From: Nanobdellota archaeon
GTDB lineage: Archaea > Nanobdellota > Nanobdellia > Woesearchaeales > UBA11576
NCBI GenBank assembly: GCA_042576705.1
Contig: JBHPEY010000003.1
Coordinates: 3,438-67,437 of the forward strand
DNA length: 64,000 nt
Reading direction: 5' to 3'
Made by a program: the position numbers and the translations under genes. Positions 49,997-59,990 of the stretch are shown piece after piece. The stretch's first letter is position 1, and every line of letters begins with the position of its first letter. The notes beneath the pieces were generated by a model that saw nothing but the letters and a program-made list of their open reading frames with translations, was not told the origin of the DNA and ran no database searches.

Positions 49997-51220
49997 TCAC
50001 TCCTTGTCTTCTATGTACTTGTTCGCGAGGTCTATGTAATCCTGGAGATGCCTTGTGATAAGGTAGTTCTGTCTTACGTGTTCCTTGCCTGCTTCACCTA
50101 GCCGGTTCCTTAGGTTGGGGTCTTTTATCAGGTCGATGCAGTGCTTTGTTCCCTGGTCTATGGTGTCCATTATGAAACCTGTCTTGTCATGGAGGACCTG
50201 CATCGGGAGGCCGCCCCTGTTTGTTGTTATGACTGGAGTGCCTTTCCACAATGCTTCGCTGACTGTGAGACCGAAGCCTTCTCTTATTGATTTCTGGATA
50301 ATCACTTGTGAGTCTGTCTGCAGGCAATTGACCAGGACGTCATTCCTTTCTGTTATCAGATGGACGTCAGGGTTGTCGCCTACTTTTGCTCTTACCTTTT
50401 CGTAGATGACAGGGCCTTCTGGATCATCGCTCGCCATGTCGCCCATGAGGACCAGCTGGCAGTCGGGAACCTTTTTCCTTACCTTTTCCCACATCTTTGT
50501 GACGCCGATCGGGTCTTTCCATGGATCGAATCTTGAGATCTGCGTGATTATGGGGCGGTCGATGTCGATTCCTCTCTTCTGCAGGACCTTGTTCCTGCGG
50601 TCTTTTCTTATCGGTAGGTTCTTGATGGAGAGCGGGTCTATGCTTGGCATTATTATGTGATTCGGAGGGGTCATGTCTGGCTTCTTGTATTTCTCCATGC
50701 TCACTATTGTTCCGTCATACTTGTTGACGAACGGCCTTATGAAATCCCAGATGTTCGGGTTCGCATGGACTATGTCTATATGGCAGCGCCAGATCCAGGG
50801 CTGTCTTCTCTTGTAGTGCTCAATCATCGCTGCAGGCTGGGGGTCATGGACTATCACTAGGTCTTCTACCTTGAAATGGTTCATTATGCAGTTCCTTTCT
50901 GTCTCTTCAAGATAGACCCGCTTCCTGAAGTTGGTCATCTTCACTGTCTGGTCGCCCTGCATGCCGTTGTGTATCTTCTTTGAGATGTTGAAGAAATGAT
51001 GGGAACCCTTGAAGATGCGCCATGCAGTGTCAATCTTCAGCTGGTTCATTAGAATTACTAGGGTGTTTAATATTTCTGCAACTCCGCCGCCTTGTGAAGT
51101 GGTGTTGACGTGAGAGATGTGCTTGCCCTGGAGTCGTTCTGAGGACTCTTTCAGCTTTGTGATTGTGTCTTTGCCTACTATTTTGGTGTAGTCTTCTAGG
51201 TGAGGTATCATTTTTATCAT
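49997..51220 (-). CDS. treT: trehalose glycosyltransferring synthase TreT-like GT4 glycosyltransferase
   Basis: Near-collinear resemblance to the archaeal TreT N-terminus (EDY...HVN[ST]TS.GGGVAEIL...FFN[IV][TS]K.[FI]HN..QG...VHDPQPAA). Confidence 0.75.
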   Translation of the reverse strand: MIKMIPHLEDYTKIVGKDTITKLKESSERLQGKHISHVNTTSQGGGVAEILNTLVILMNQLKIDTAWRIFKGSHHFFNISKKIHNGMQGDQTVKMTNFRKRVYLEETERNCIMNHFKVEDLVIVHDPQPAAMIEHYKRRQPWIWRCHIDIVHANPNIWDFIRPFVNKYDGTIVSMEKYKKPDMTPPNHIIMPSIDPLSIKNLPIRKDRRNKVLQKRGIDIDRPIITQISRFDPWKDPIGVTKMWEKVRKKVPDCQLVLMGDMASDDPEGPVIYEKVRAKVGDNPDVHLITERNDVLVNCLQTDSQVIIQKSIREGFGLTVSEALWKGTPVITTNRGGLPMQVLHDKTGFIMDTIDQGTKHCIDLIKDPNLRNRLGEAGKEHVRQNYLITRHLQDYIDLANKYIEDKE

Positions 51221-51291
51221 AGTTATTTAAAAAGGGTTTATATATCTTTTCACTTATTAATTAACCCATAAGAACTCCATATTGTTCAGCT

Positions 51292-51876
51292 TTAAACCGT
51301 CTTCTTCAGGAAATTGAAGTATAGCTGTTCTCCTAGATCCTCTGTCTTTTCTGGGTGGAATTGGACTCCATATATCTCTTTCTCGTTGTGCTTCATAGCT
51401 TCAACTTCTGTGCTGTCTGAAGAAGCCAGTCTTGTGAAGCATTCAGGCAGCGTGATCTCTTCTTCATGGTTGACATATGAGACAAAATCTTTCTCTAATC
51501 TGTCGAATAGATGCGAATCTGAGATGATATCAATCCTGTCATCTCCCTTTCTGACAGGGCCGCGTATCACTTTCGCGCCGAAGAACCAACCGATAAGCTG
51601 ATGGCCGAAGCATACGCCCAGAATTGGAAGGCCTGTGTTCATACACCAACGGATGTGCGGAAAGTAGTCTTCTTGCTTTGCTTCAGAAACAAATAAAGGC
51701 GAACCGCTAAAGATAATACAGTCGAAATCCTTTGGATCCAGCTGGCTCACTTCATTCAGGTACACGGTCGTAAGGCTGTCTGTATGCTTGCTGATGACTT
51801 TTTGCATATCAGGCAAAAACCAGCTCTTCCCGCAATCCAGCAAGAGAACCCTGCTCTTGAGTTTTTCTTCTGACAT
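51292..51876 (-). CDS. class I glutamine amidotransferase-like protein (PuuD / gamma-glutamyl hydrolase-like)
   Basis: GVCFGHQLI catalytic Cys motif and a C-terminal His. N-terminus SRVLLLDCG. Confidence 0.7.
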   Translation of the reverse strand: MSEEKLKSRVLLLDCGKSWFLPDMQKVISKHTDSLTTVYLNEVSQLDPKDFDCIIFSGSPLFVSEAKQEDYFPHIRWCMNTGLPILGVCFGHQLIGWFFGAKVIRGPVRKGDDRIDIISDSHLFDRLEKDFVSYVNHEEEITLPECFTRLASSDSTEVEAMKHNEKEIYGVQFHPEKTEDLGEQLYFNFLKKTV

Positions 51877-53146
51877 ATTCTGGTAATTCGCTCCTCTGTT
51901 TATCTTTTCTTTCTTTTGTTAAGTGTGTAAGCGCCCTAAGCATGAATTCTCTTTGAGGTACATATACATCTTCATAAATTGCTCGGTGGATATTGTGATT
52001 CACTGTCCGAGAGTCTGCTGCTTCTTTAATATAGTCTGCGGCGGTTTCACCATCATAAGTCATCCCTATGAACCTATCGACGAAAGCCTTTTCTCTATCT
52101 TCAAGTCCTTTATGCGCGAATTCCAGGAATGATATGCAGTATTCATTATTTTCTGTATTATTAAGACCGTATCTTGCTGCGTCATCGTGTAATCTTTTCA
52201 GTTTCTTAGAATCTCCCTTAAGGTCGTCTTTCATGAGAACACTTTCAAGCAGAGGATTTGTCACACCTTTTACGTCTCCAGATCTTATTCGTCTCATACC
52301 GCCTTCGAGTAAGGTCAGGTATGCTATGAGATTGTATAGGTAGGGATTCGATCCTGCAGTCCTGGCTTCGACTGTGCTGTGTTTTGGACTCAACCTAACC
52401 GGACCTGAAATGCTGCAATATTCATCATAATAGTCTAATTCAGTGAAAATATGCCCGTTTTCTACAGCTCTCTGCTTGAATTTTTTAAATTCTGCTTTCA
52501 CTTCTGCTTCATGTTCTTCAAGGCTTCTTTTAAGATCCTGCATCTGTCCTTGATACGGGAGTTTTCTGTGAGCAATATTTCTGTAGTTGTGAATCCTCCA
52601 GTTATGGAAGCCTTCAATTGGCGATGCAGATGTCAGCAGAATTGTAACAGGGTCTGAAGCTGTAAGATAGTTCATCTGGTCAATGACTTTTCCTTCTTCC
52701 TGTGAGAAGTGTATGTGGGTCCCATTGACTTTTGTTTTTATTTCAAGACCGTCCAGTCCAATTGTTTTAGTGATTAATCCTGCAACATCTGAATCATGTC
52801 TTCTTTCGTGCTCATATGGGATGAGTGATGTATCGAGGGGAAGAGTTAACAGGCCGGCGCCTTTTGCAATTTCATCCAGGCGTTTGGCTCTTTTCATGAG
52901 ATCAAGGGCTGTTTCAAAGATATTGTTGTGTGGTTCTGTGACTGTTTCTACTGAAGCTAGGCTGATTTCTTGGTGGTATCCTTCAGCTTTACCGATTCCG
53001 TTGATAATCTCATCTGCTTGGGGTGTGGGTATACCATCTTTGTCAAGTAGCAGGACTTCAAGTTCCATTCCTGTTTTGTCCAATGTTTTAGGTTCGAATT
53101 GACCCTCAATTGGTTCTAGAATTCGTAAAAATACGTTATTTGGCAT
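51809..53146 (-). CDS. glutamate-cysteine ligase family 2 (GCS2 / YbdK-type carboxylate-amine ligase) with C-terminal extension
   Basis: GMELEVLLLD (compare G.E.EF.LVD) and GTHIHFS (compare GLHVHVG). Confidence 0.7.
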   Translation of the reverse strand: MPNNVFLRILEPIEGQFEPKTLDKTGMELEVLLLDKDGIPTPQADEIINGIGKAEGYHQEISLASVETVTEPHNNIFETALDLMKRAKRLDEIAKGAGLLTLPLDTSLIPYEHERRHDSDVAGLITKTIGLDGLEIKTKVNGTHIHFSQEEGKVIDQMNYLTASDPVTILLTSASPIEGFHNWRIHNYRNIAHRKLPYQGQMQDLKRSLEEHEAEVKAEFKKFKQRAVENGHIFTELDYYDEYCSISGPVRLSPKHSTVEARTAGSNPYLYNLIAYLTLLEGGMRRIRSGDVKGVTNPLLESVLMKDDLKGDSKKLKRLHDDAARYGLNNTENNEYCISFLEFAHKGLEDREKAFVDRFIGMTYDGETAADYIKEAADSRTVNHNIHRAIYEDVYVPQREFMLRALTHLTKERKDKQRSELPEYVRRKTQEQGSLAGLREELVFA

Positions 53147-53444
53147 TTTATTAGTTAATTAGCCTCTCTTTTCTTTTTCTGAATCGCTAATTGTCGTCTA
53201 TTTTTGATTTAGCTCTTGTTTTACCTAATATATGTTGTTATTACTAGTATATTAATATTTCTTTTTTGATTTTTACAAGTTTCTGGTGTTTTAACTGGTT
53301 TTAACTGCTTTTTATCTATTTTTTACCTTAAAGGAGGCTAGAATGGCGGTTTCTTTTATGTCTTATCAGGGCATCACAGAACAATGCAGAATTTATTGAA
53401 AGCATTGTGACAAAAGAGTCACAATGTTTAAAAACCAATGACCT

Positions 53445-54059
53445 ATGTTGTGCTGTATGCAACACTACAAGCAGACGACAAAGTACACCTGCGCAGCGGC
53501 TTCTCTTGCCATGATAATCAACCATTTCAAGCCAGAGTTCGAGTTGAGTGTTGAGAACGAGTTCGACATCTGGCATTGTTCGGCTGCGCTGCCTACCAAG
53601 GGAAGCTCTATCTATGCGCTTGCATCTTATGCTGGTGGGAATGGTGTGCCTGTGATGGTTGTTGTGGGTGAGAAGGAGTACAAGTTCCCTGGCTACAAGT
53701 TCAAGGCATACAAGAAGAAGGAGATAGAGATTGCTGCGCAGAGCACGCAGTTCTATTATGAGAAGGCAGAGGATACTGGGATAACTATTGAGGTCAGGGA
53801 TTTCTCTCTTGATGAGGTGAAGAACCTCCTTGCGCAGGGCAAGGTGCTGTTGCTGCGGCTGATTGTTGGGATCGTTCGGCAGAGCAGGGACAATAAACGG
53901 AATCCGCATTACCTGCCTGTGTATGGGTTTGAGAAAGGGAAGTTCCTGGTGATGGACCCTCGGTTCGGGGCGAAGAAGGTTGATGAGGGTGTTGTTCAGG
54001 AGGCTTTTGACAAGGTGGTTGAGGTCAAGAGGGACCATCGGATGATTGTTTTTGGGTAG
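53445..54059 (+). CDS. papain-fold peptidase, C39-like (BtrH-like)
   Basis: YTCAAASLAMI Cys motif and downstream His (NPHYLPVYG). Confidence 0.5.
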   Translation: MLCCMQHYKQTTKYTCAAASLAMIINHFKPEFELSVENEFDIWHCSAALPTKGSSIYALASYAGGNGVPVMVVVGEKEYKFPGYKFKAYKKKEIEIAAQSTQFYYEKAEDTGITIEVRDFSLDEVKNLLAQGKVLLLRLIVGIVRQSRDNKRNPHYLPVYGFEKGKFLVMDPRFGAKKVDEGVVQEAFDKVVEVKRDHRMIVFG

Positions 54060-54069
54060 GTCTTATTTC

Positions 54070-55596
54070 TTAGTCTATCAACGGTCTGTCGTGCACCTTC
54101 GGTGCTTTCAGTCCCATCATCTTCAGTATGGTGGGGGATATGTCAGCAATACTATTGCTCTTTCTTTCTATTATCCTGTACTTCTGGTTTGCTAGCAGTA
54201 TGAACGGGACCTTGTTGAGGGTGTGGGATGTGCTATGTTTTCCTGACATCTCCTCTGCATTGCCGTGGTCTGCTGTGACAATCACGTTGTAGCTGTTCTT
54301 TCTTGCAGCGGTGACTACCTTCTTCAGGTTCGTGTCTGCTGCATTCACTGCTCTTATCGTCGCTTTCAGGTCGCCTGTGTGACCCACCATGTCTGCGTTC
54401 GCGAAGTTGAGTATGATCAGGTCGTACTTCTTTGTGTTTAGTCGCTTTACTGCCTCTTTTGCTATCTTCTGGGCGGACATTGCTGGTGTCTTGTCATAAG
54501 TCTCGACCCTTGGGCTCGGTATGAGAAATCTGTCTTCTCCTTTGAACGGTCCTTCCTTTCCGCCGTTGAAGAAGTATGTCACGTGGGCATACTTCTCTGT
54601 CTCTGCTATGCGGAACTGCTTTATGTTCTTTTTAGAGATAACCTCCGCGAGGATGTCTTTCGGGACTTTGGGGGGTAAAGCCACGGGAGCCTTTATCGCT
54701 TTATCATACTGTGTGAGGCAGACAAAATACAGGTGGATGAGCCTCTTTCTCTTGAACTTGTTGAACTTCCCTTGTACAAACGCTCTTGTTATCTCTCTTG
54801 CCCTGTCCTCGCGGAAGTTAAAGAATATGATGCTGTCGTGTTCTTTCACGTAATGCTTGATCTTCATGTGCTTTGACAGTATTATGGATGGCTTCACGAA
54901 CTCGTCAGTCTCTCCTCTCTTGTATGCGTCCTTTATCGCAGCGGTCGCTGAGTCGTAGATGCGGCCCTTGTGGTTGACCATTGCAGCGTATGCCTTGTGC
55001 TCGCGGTTCCAGCGATTATCCCTGTCCATCGCATAGAAACGGCCCATCATCGTGGCGATGCGACCGATATTGTTCTTTTTGCAGAACTGTTCCAGCTGTT
55101 TCAGGTACTTGATGCCGTTTTTCGGCGGTGTGTCCCTGCCGTCCAGGAAACAGTGGATGTAGACTTTCGGCACCTTGTGCTGTTTTGCCATCTTAAGGAG
55201 GGTGAAAAGATGGTTGATGTGGGAATGCACGCCGCCGTCGCTCAACAGTCCCATGAGGTGGAGTCCAGAACCGTTCTTCTTTGCGTTGTCTATCGCATTT
55301 AGTATGACTTTGTTCTTCTGGAATGTGCCTTTCTTTATATCCTGGTTTATCTTCAGCAGTTCCTGCGGGACTGTCCTTCCGGCGCCAAGATGCATGTGGC
55401 CTACTTCTGAGTTGCCGATGAATCCTTTGGGCAGTCCGACGTGTTGTTCTGAGGCGTGGAGCGTGGTGTGTGGGTGAGTTTTCCAGAGTCTGTCGAAATA
55501 GGGGGGCTTTGCCAGTGCTATGGCGTTGTCTTTCTTTGACTTTCTTAATCCCCACCCGTCCAGGATTATCAGCATGACTTTCTCTTTGGTCTTCAT
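54070..55596 (-). CDS. gpmI: 2,3-bisphosphoglycerate-independent phosphoglycerate mutase, bacterial GpmI type
   Basis: MLIILDGWG...SEVGHMHLGAGR...; 508 aa, collinear with GpmI rather than archaeal ApgM. Confidence 0.9.
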   Translation of the reverse strand: MKTKEKVMLIILDGWGLRKSKKDNAIALAKPPYFDRLWKTHPHTTLHASEQHVGLPKGFIGNSEVGHMHLGAGRTVPQELLKINQDIKKGTFQKNKVILNAIDNAKKNGSGLHLMGLLSDGGVHSHINHLFTLLKMAKQHKVPKVYIHCFLDGRDTPPKNGIKYLKQLEQFCKKNNIGRIATMMGRFYAMDRDNRWNREHKAYAAMVNHKGRIYDSATAAIKDAYKRGETDEFVKPSIILSKHMKIKHYVKEHDSIIFFNFREDRAREITRAFVQGKFNKFKRKRLIHLYFVCLTQYDKAIKAPVALPPKVPKDILAEVISKKNIKQFRIAETEKYAHVTYFFNGGKEGPFKGEDRFLIPSPRVETYDKTPAMSAQKIAKEAVKRLNTKKYDLIILNFANADMVGHTGDLKATIRAVNAADTNLKKVVTAARKNSYNVIVTADHGNAEEMSGKHSTSHTLNKVPFILLANQKYRIIERKSNSIADISPTILKMMGLKAPKVHDRPLID

Positions 55597-55624
55597 TTCT
55601 ACACCTTGTATCCTTGCTTTATCT

Positions 55625-56800
55625 TCAGATACCTGCCTCTTCCTGCAGTATCTCCATCACTATCCTTCTTACGTCATTCGATCTCAATGCGAAGCTCAGG
55701 CCTTCGAAGCCAGCCTTGGCGTACTTGAGCGTCGCTATGCCAATGACGTCCCCTTCCTTGTCTATGAGCGGCCCGCCTGAGTTGCCTGCGTTGATAGCCA
55801 CATCTGTCTGAATATAATATATGTTGAGTTCTCCTGTTATCAGCCTCTTCCTGTTGCTGATTATGCCCTCTGTGACCGTCGACTCGAACCCCACAGGGTT
55901 CCCTATGGCGATTACATGCTGGCCGACGAACGCATCGTCTGAGTTTGCCCAGTCGAGGTACTCGAATTCCTTTGTCGCAGGGATCTTGAGCACGGCGACG
56001 TCATGGTCCTCGTCCTTTCCTACGACACTTGCTAAATATTCTGTGCCTTCGCTTGTCCTGACTGTTATCTTGTTCAGCTCGTCGATCACATGCCAGTTCG
56101 TGACGATGTATCCTTTATCGTTTATGAACACTCCGCTGCCTGCATTGTTGAAATAGCCGGAACCCTTGCTGCCTATGTTGACCACTGCTCTTGTCGATTT
56201 GGGGATTATGGGGGTGAAGTCGACGCTTGCGTCCTTGACCTCCTGCAGCTGTTCACCGAATACTGAAAGCGTCGACAGGCTCCTGTTGTTGGCTTTCTGT
56301 ATCGAGTCAGAGAGCTGCCGGTCCCTGTTCATCGACTGGTAGTTGTATGTCTGGATGCTGGATTTCAGGTCCTGCTCCACGCTGTCTATCTTAGCGTCTG
56401 TCTGGGTAATGTCTTCCTTCAGATCATCCTTTGTGCTGGTCAGTTCTGACCTCAGCGAGTTCAGTGAGTTCTGTTGTGCAGAGATCTGCTGGGTCGTCGA
56501 CTCCAGGTCACTGTCCTGCTGCTGCTTGAGCAGTGTTATCTTATCGTTGTAGTCCTGGGTCACGTATACAAAGAACAGCCCGAACACGATCACCATGATG
56601 AAATTCAGCGCAAGGACGTGTCTTGTGCTTATGTTCCACTGGCTTTTCGCTGTTTTCTGCTGCTTCTTGTGCTTCTCGAGGATGTGCTTGAAGTGATGCT
56701 CCATGTAGCCTGCGTTCAGGAGGGACTTTACAATATCTTCATCCTTCACTCCCAGGCTCTTCTGGGTCTTTATGTAATCTTCAAGTTCGTTCTCGTCCAT
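55625..56800 (-). CDS. membrane-anchored trypsin-like serine protease (HtrA/DegP S1C family, no PDZ)
   Basis: TNWHV (His), DVAVLKI (Asp), GNSGGPL (Ser); N-terminal TM and coiled coil. Confidence 0.8.
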   Translation of the reverse strand: MDENELEDYIKTQKSLGVKDEDIVKSLLNAGYMEHHFKHILEKHKKQQKTAKSQWNISTRHVLALNFIMVIVFGLFFVYVTQDYNDKITLLKQQQDSDLESTTQQISAQQNSLNSLRSELTSTKDDLKEDITQTDAKIDSVEQDLKSSIQTYNYQSMNRDRQLSDSIQKANNRSLSTLSVFGEQLQEVKDASVDFTPIIPKSTRAVVNIGSKGSGYFNNAGSGVFINDKGYIVTNWHVIDELNKITVRTSEGTEYLASVVGKDEDHDVAVLKIPATKEFEYLDWANSDDAFVGQHVIAIGNPVGFESTVTEGIISNRKRLITGELNIYYIQTDVAINAGNSGGPLIDKEGDVIGIATLKYAKAGFEGLSFALRSNDVRRIVMEILQEEAGI

Positions 56801-56884
56801 CTTTCTGAAAGCCTAAGCTAGGCCTGCACAGTTTGAGCTGTGCAGGCCGTAAGGCTTATTGGTTGTGGTTTACTGTTGATTATG

Positions 56885-58150
56885 TTATCTGCGTAGTCTG
56901 GCCATGATCGCTTTATGGCCCAGTTCCTCTTCTATCCTCAGTAGTTGGTTGTACTTCGCTAGTCGTTCACTTCTACAGGGGGCGCCGGACTTTATCTGGC
57001 CTGTACCAAGGCCCACGACAAGGTCGGCTATGAATGTGTCGCATGTCTCTCCGCTGCGATGGCTTACCATCACATTCCAGCCTGCCTTCATCGCCATCTT
57101 CGCGGCTGTCGTGGCTTCTGTGAGAGAGCCTATCTGGTTCACTTTCAGCAGCAGGGCATTGCAGAGCTTCTTCTGGATGCCTGTCTTTATGCGTTCGGGG
57201 TTTGTCACAAGGAGGTCGTCGCCCACAATCTGGACTTTCTTCTTCTTTGCAGACTGTGTCAGTATGGGGTAGGGATCGAAGTCATCCTGCTCGAACGGGT
57301 CTTCTATAGAGAATACCGGATAATGGTCCATGATGTGCTCGTAGAGATTTGTGAGCCGGTCTGCGGTCATCCACTTGCCGTCGACAAGATACTTCTGTCT
57401 CTTCTTGCTGTAGAACTCGCTGGATGCCGCGTCTATGGCGATCTTTATGAGTCCATCATAGCCTGCGTCTTTTATGGCCTTGTCTACTATCTTGAGTGCT
57501 CCTTCGACTGTCTTTATGTTGGGAGCAAACCCGCCTTCATCACCTACATTGGTAGAGTCCTTACCGTAAGCCTTTATTATGTCCTTCTTCAGCACCTGGT
57601 ATGTCTCTGCGCCCATGCGCAGCGAGTCTGCGAATGTCCGTCCTTTCGGGCAGATCATGAACTCCTGGAACTGCAGCTTGTTGTCTGCATGCTTTCCGCC
57701 GTTGATTATGTTCATGCAGGGGACCGGCATGATCTTTTTTGTGCCCAGCAGTGAGTATAGCGGCTTGTTCTGGGTCACGGATGAGAGCCGTGCTGCTGCG
57801 AGGCTGACTCCAAGGATTGCGTTTGCGCCCAGGTTCGATTTGTTCGGAGTGCCGTCGAGCTTGAGCATCGCCGCGTCGAGCGGTTTCTGTTTTCGACAGT
57901 CCATGCCTTTGACGACTTTTATTATCTTGGTGTTGGCGTTCATCACGGCTTTGCGTACGCCTTTACCGTGGAAACGGGGTCCGCCGTCCCGCAGTTCCAT
58001 TGCTTCATGAATACCTGTTGAAGCACCAGATGGAACTGCGGCACGAGCGGAATGCGATTTCGTGTGGAGCATGACCTCGACAGTGGGGTTTCCCCTGCTG
58101 TCCAGTATCTCTCTTGCGTGCAGTTTCCTTATCTTGTAGTCTGTCCTCAT
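56885..58150 (-). CDS. eno: enolase
   Basis: SRGNPTVEV...; full-length collinear. Confidence 0.9.
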   Translation of the reverse strand: MRTDYKIRKLHAREILDSRGNPTVEVMLHTKSHSARAAVPSGASTGIHEAMELRDGGPRFHGKGVRKAVMNANTKIIKVVKGMDCRKQKPLDAAMLKLDGTPNKSNLGANAILGVSLAAARLSSVTQNKPLYSLLGTKKIMPVPCMNIINGGKHADNKLQFQEFMICPKGRTFADSLRMGAETYQVLKKDIIKAYGKDSTNVGDEGGFAPNIKTVEGALKIVDKAIKDAGYDGLIKIAIDAASSEFYSKKRQKYLVDGKWMTADRLTNLYEHIMDHYPVFSIEDPFEQDDFDPYPILTQSAKKKKVQIVGDDLLVTNPERIKTGIQKKLCNALLLKVNQIGSLTEATTAAKMAMKAGWNVMVSHRSGETCDTFIADLVVGLGTGQIKSGAPCRSERLAKYNQLLRIEEELGHKAIMARLRR

Positions 58151-58313
58151 TGTTCTACCTCTTTTTTGATCTTGACCTCTGGTTCTCGAAATAATCGTTG
58201 ATCATTATGTTCAAGAAAGCGGATTTCGATGGGTAGCGGTATTTGTTATCCTGTCGCTTGATGAATGCGGCTATCTCCTTTTCCAGAGCGTTGTCGATGC
58301 GTACTACTCCCAT
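58145..58313 (-). CDS. candidate ribbon-helix-helix (CopG/Arc-like) small DNA-binding protein (55 aa, not in ORF track)
   Basis: My own translation reads [52 protein letters not shown], a beta-strand then two helices. It ends overlapping the enolase start. Confidence 0.35.
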
Positions 58314-58456
58314 GTTTTCGCCTGTTACAAATTGTTACTTTGGATAACTATTTGTAACTTGGGTATTTAAATGTTTCGGTTTTGCGTTTTGATTAAATTT
58401 CTGAAGGGTTGTTTTAAAGGGGGATTCAATCATAGGCAACATATAACTCGCGGAAG

Positions 58457-59254
58457 GTGATGCTGATGTCTAAAGAGGATGTGCGTAAGTTAGTTCTTTT
58501 CGAAAGGATGCTCGGTGATTATCTCGCTGCGGGGGCGATATATTCGTATGGTGATGCGTTTGGGTTCTTTGATGGCAAGGCAAAGGGTGTGGTGATCGCT
58601 GATACCTGCGGGCATAACAAGAAGATGGGTGATGCGATGCAGGGATTCCTTGATGATGTGATACGTGCCGGTTGGGGGTGCTCAGGTGATGCTGCTCATG
58701 AAGTATTGGATCTTGGGCCGCGGCTTGTGCTCGCTGGGACGGGAAAACCTGAGCTTGAGAAGAAGATTTCACATCTGGATTATGATGCTGAGTGGTGGTC
58801 GTGTCTTGCAGTGCATTATATGAGCCTGCGTGGGGATGATGTGCAGCTGTCTGGCATCGGGAGCTATGTATTCCGTCAGGACATGGGCTTTGAGAGGTAT
58901 GTTACTACGCTGTGTCCTTTTCATTATCTGGAGGAGCCTTCAAATGAGTTTGAGGAGATGCGGAGGCCTGTGAAGACTTCGCTGGGGGAGGGGGACTTTG
59001 TGCTTCTGGCAAGTGATGGGCTGGAGCATAACATCGGGACTTCGCTGTATCGCGGTGGGAATGACAGTTCGCTTGAGAGCGTACAGGAGCTTCTTGTGGG
59101 GAGTGTGTTGTGTAATCATGAGAAGAGTGCTGTGGGGATACGGGATGCGCTTGTCTACGAGCTGTCCAGATATTTTGTGCCGCAAGAGGGGGAGGAAGAT
59201 CCTTTGAGGTATTTTGATGATGTTACTTTTGTTGTGGTGAAGAAAGTTAGGTAA
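58457..59254 (+). CDS. PP2C/SpoIIE-type serine/threonine phosphatase domain protein
   Basis: VIADTCGHNKKMGD, LLASDGL and DDVTFVVV metal-site motifs. Confidence 0.55.
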   Translation: MMLMSKEDVRKLVLFERMLGDYLAAGAIYSYGDAFGFFDGKAKGVVIADTCGHNKKMGDAMQGFLDDVIRAGWGCSGDAAHEVLDLGPRLVLAGTGKPELEKKISHLDYDAEWWSCLAVHYMSLRGDDVQLSGIGSYVFRQDMGFERYVTTLCPFHYLEEPSNEFEEMRRPVKTSLGEGDFVLLASDGLEHNIGTSLYRGGNDSSLESVQELLVGSVLCNHEKSAVGIRDALVYELSRYFVPQEGEEDPLRYFDDVTFVVVKKVR

Positions 59255-59411
59255 GATGTTTTGTATCGAGTCTTCTCTTAGGTGCTGCGTCTTTAGGAGA
59301 AGGAACGATATATAGAAGATGCCTTCGGCAAGTAACGATACGAACTCAGTCTTAGAATCAGACGTCGTGGTTTCAGCGGCCTGGAGCTTGATAGGATTTG
59401 GTGCGTGGTCC

Positions 59412-59990
59412 TTATCTCTTGGGCTTGACGACCAGGAAACCGCGTTCTTCGCCGTTCCATCTCGGGTGCATCGCATCCACCAGCTTCTGCAGGTCGTATT
59501 TCTGGTAGTTCTTCTCTTCTGTGCTGGGGTCGCAGATCGTGACTTCCTTTGTTTCAGGGTCGTAGCTGCAGACCAGCACGTAGTGGCCGTTCTGCTTTCC
59601 GTTTATGGGTCCCCACCAGAAGTTTGCCATTATGTCATGGTCTGCGTCTAGATTATCTATCAGGAACTGGTGTGGATTGTCTATATCTCTTATCAGATGG
59701 ACCTGCGGCATCATGCTGTGGTCTTCTAATGCTTCTTTTGCCTTGGAGTCATTGAACTCGGTCAGTTTTATGCCGAGCATCGAGAGGTTGTCTTTTGGTG
59801 CTGTTTCCAGCGGGAGCATGTATAATTGGCGGTCATCTTCGTCGATCCTTAGGCCGATCCTCGCTGCCAGGGCTTCCTGGTCCATCCATACTCCCCAGCG
59901 GAACAGTATCATCTGGAGACATGTCGGACCGCAGAGATTCTTCTTCTGTTTTATGCTGTGGTATCTCTGCCCTTCCACTGTGGACACCAT
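59412..59990 (-). CDS. papain-fold peptidase, C39-like (second paralogue)
   Basis: QKKNLCGPTCLQMIL (Gln...Cys of the C39 type) and downstream HYVLV His. Confidence 0.55.
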   Translation of the reverse strand: MVSTVEGQRYHSIKQKKNLCGPTCLQMILFRWGVWMDQEALAARIGLRIDEDDRQLYMLPLETAPKDNLSMLGIKLTEFNDSKAKEALEDHSMMPQVHLIRDIDNPHQFLIDNLDADHDIMANFWWGPINGKQNGHYVLVCSYDPETKEVTICDPSTEEKNYQKYDLQKLVDAMHPRWNGEERGFLVVKPKR

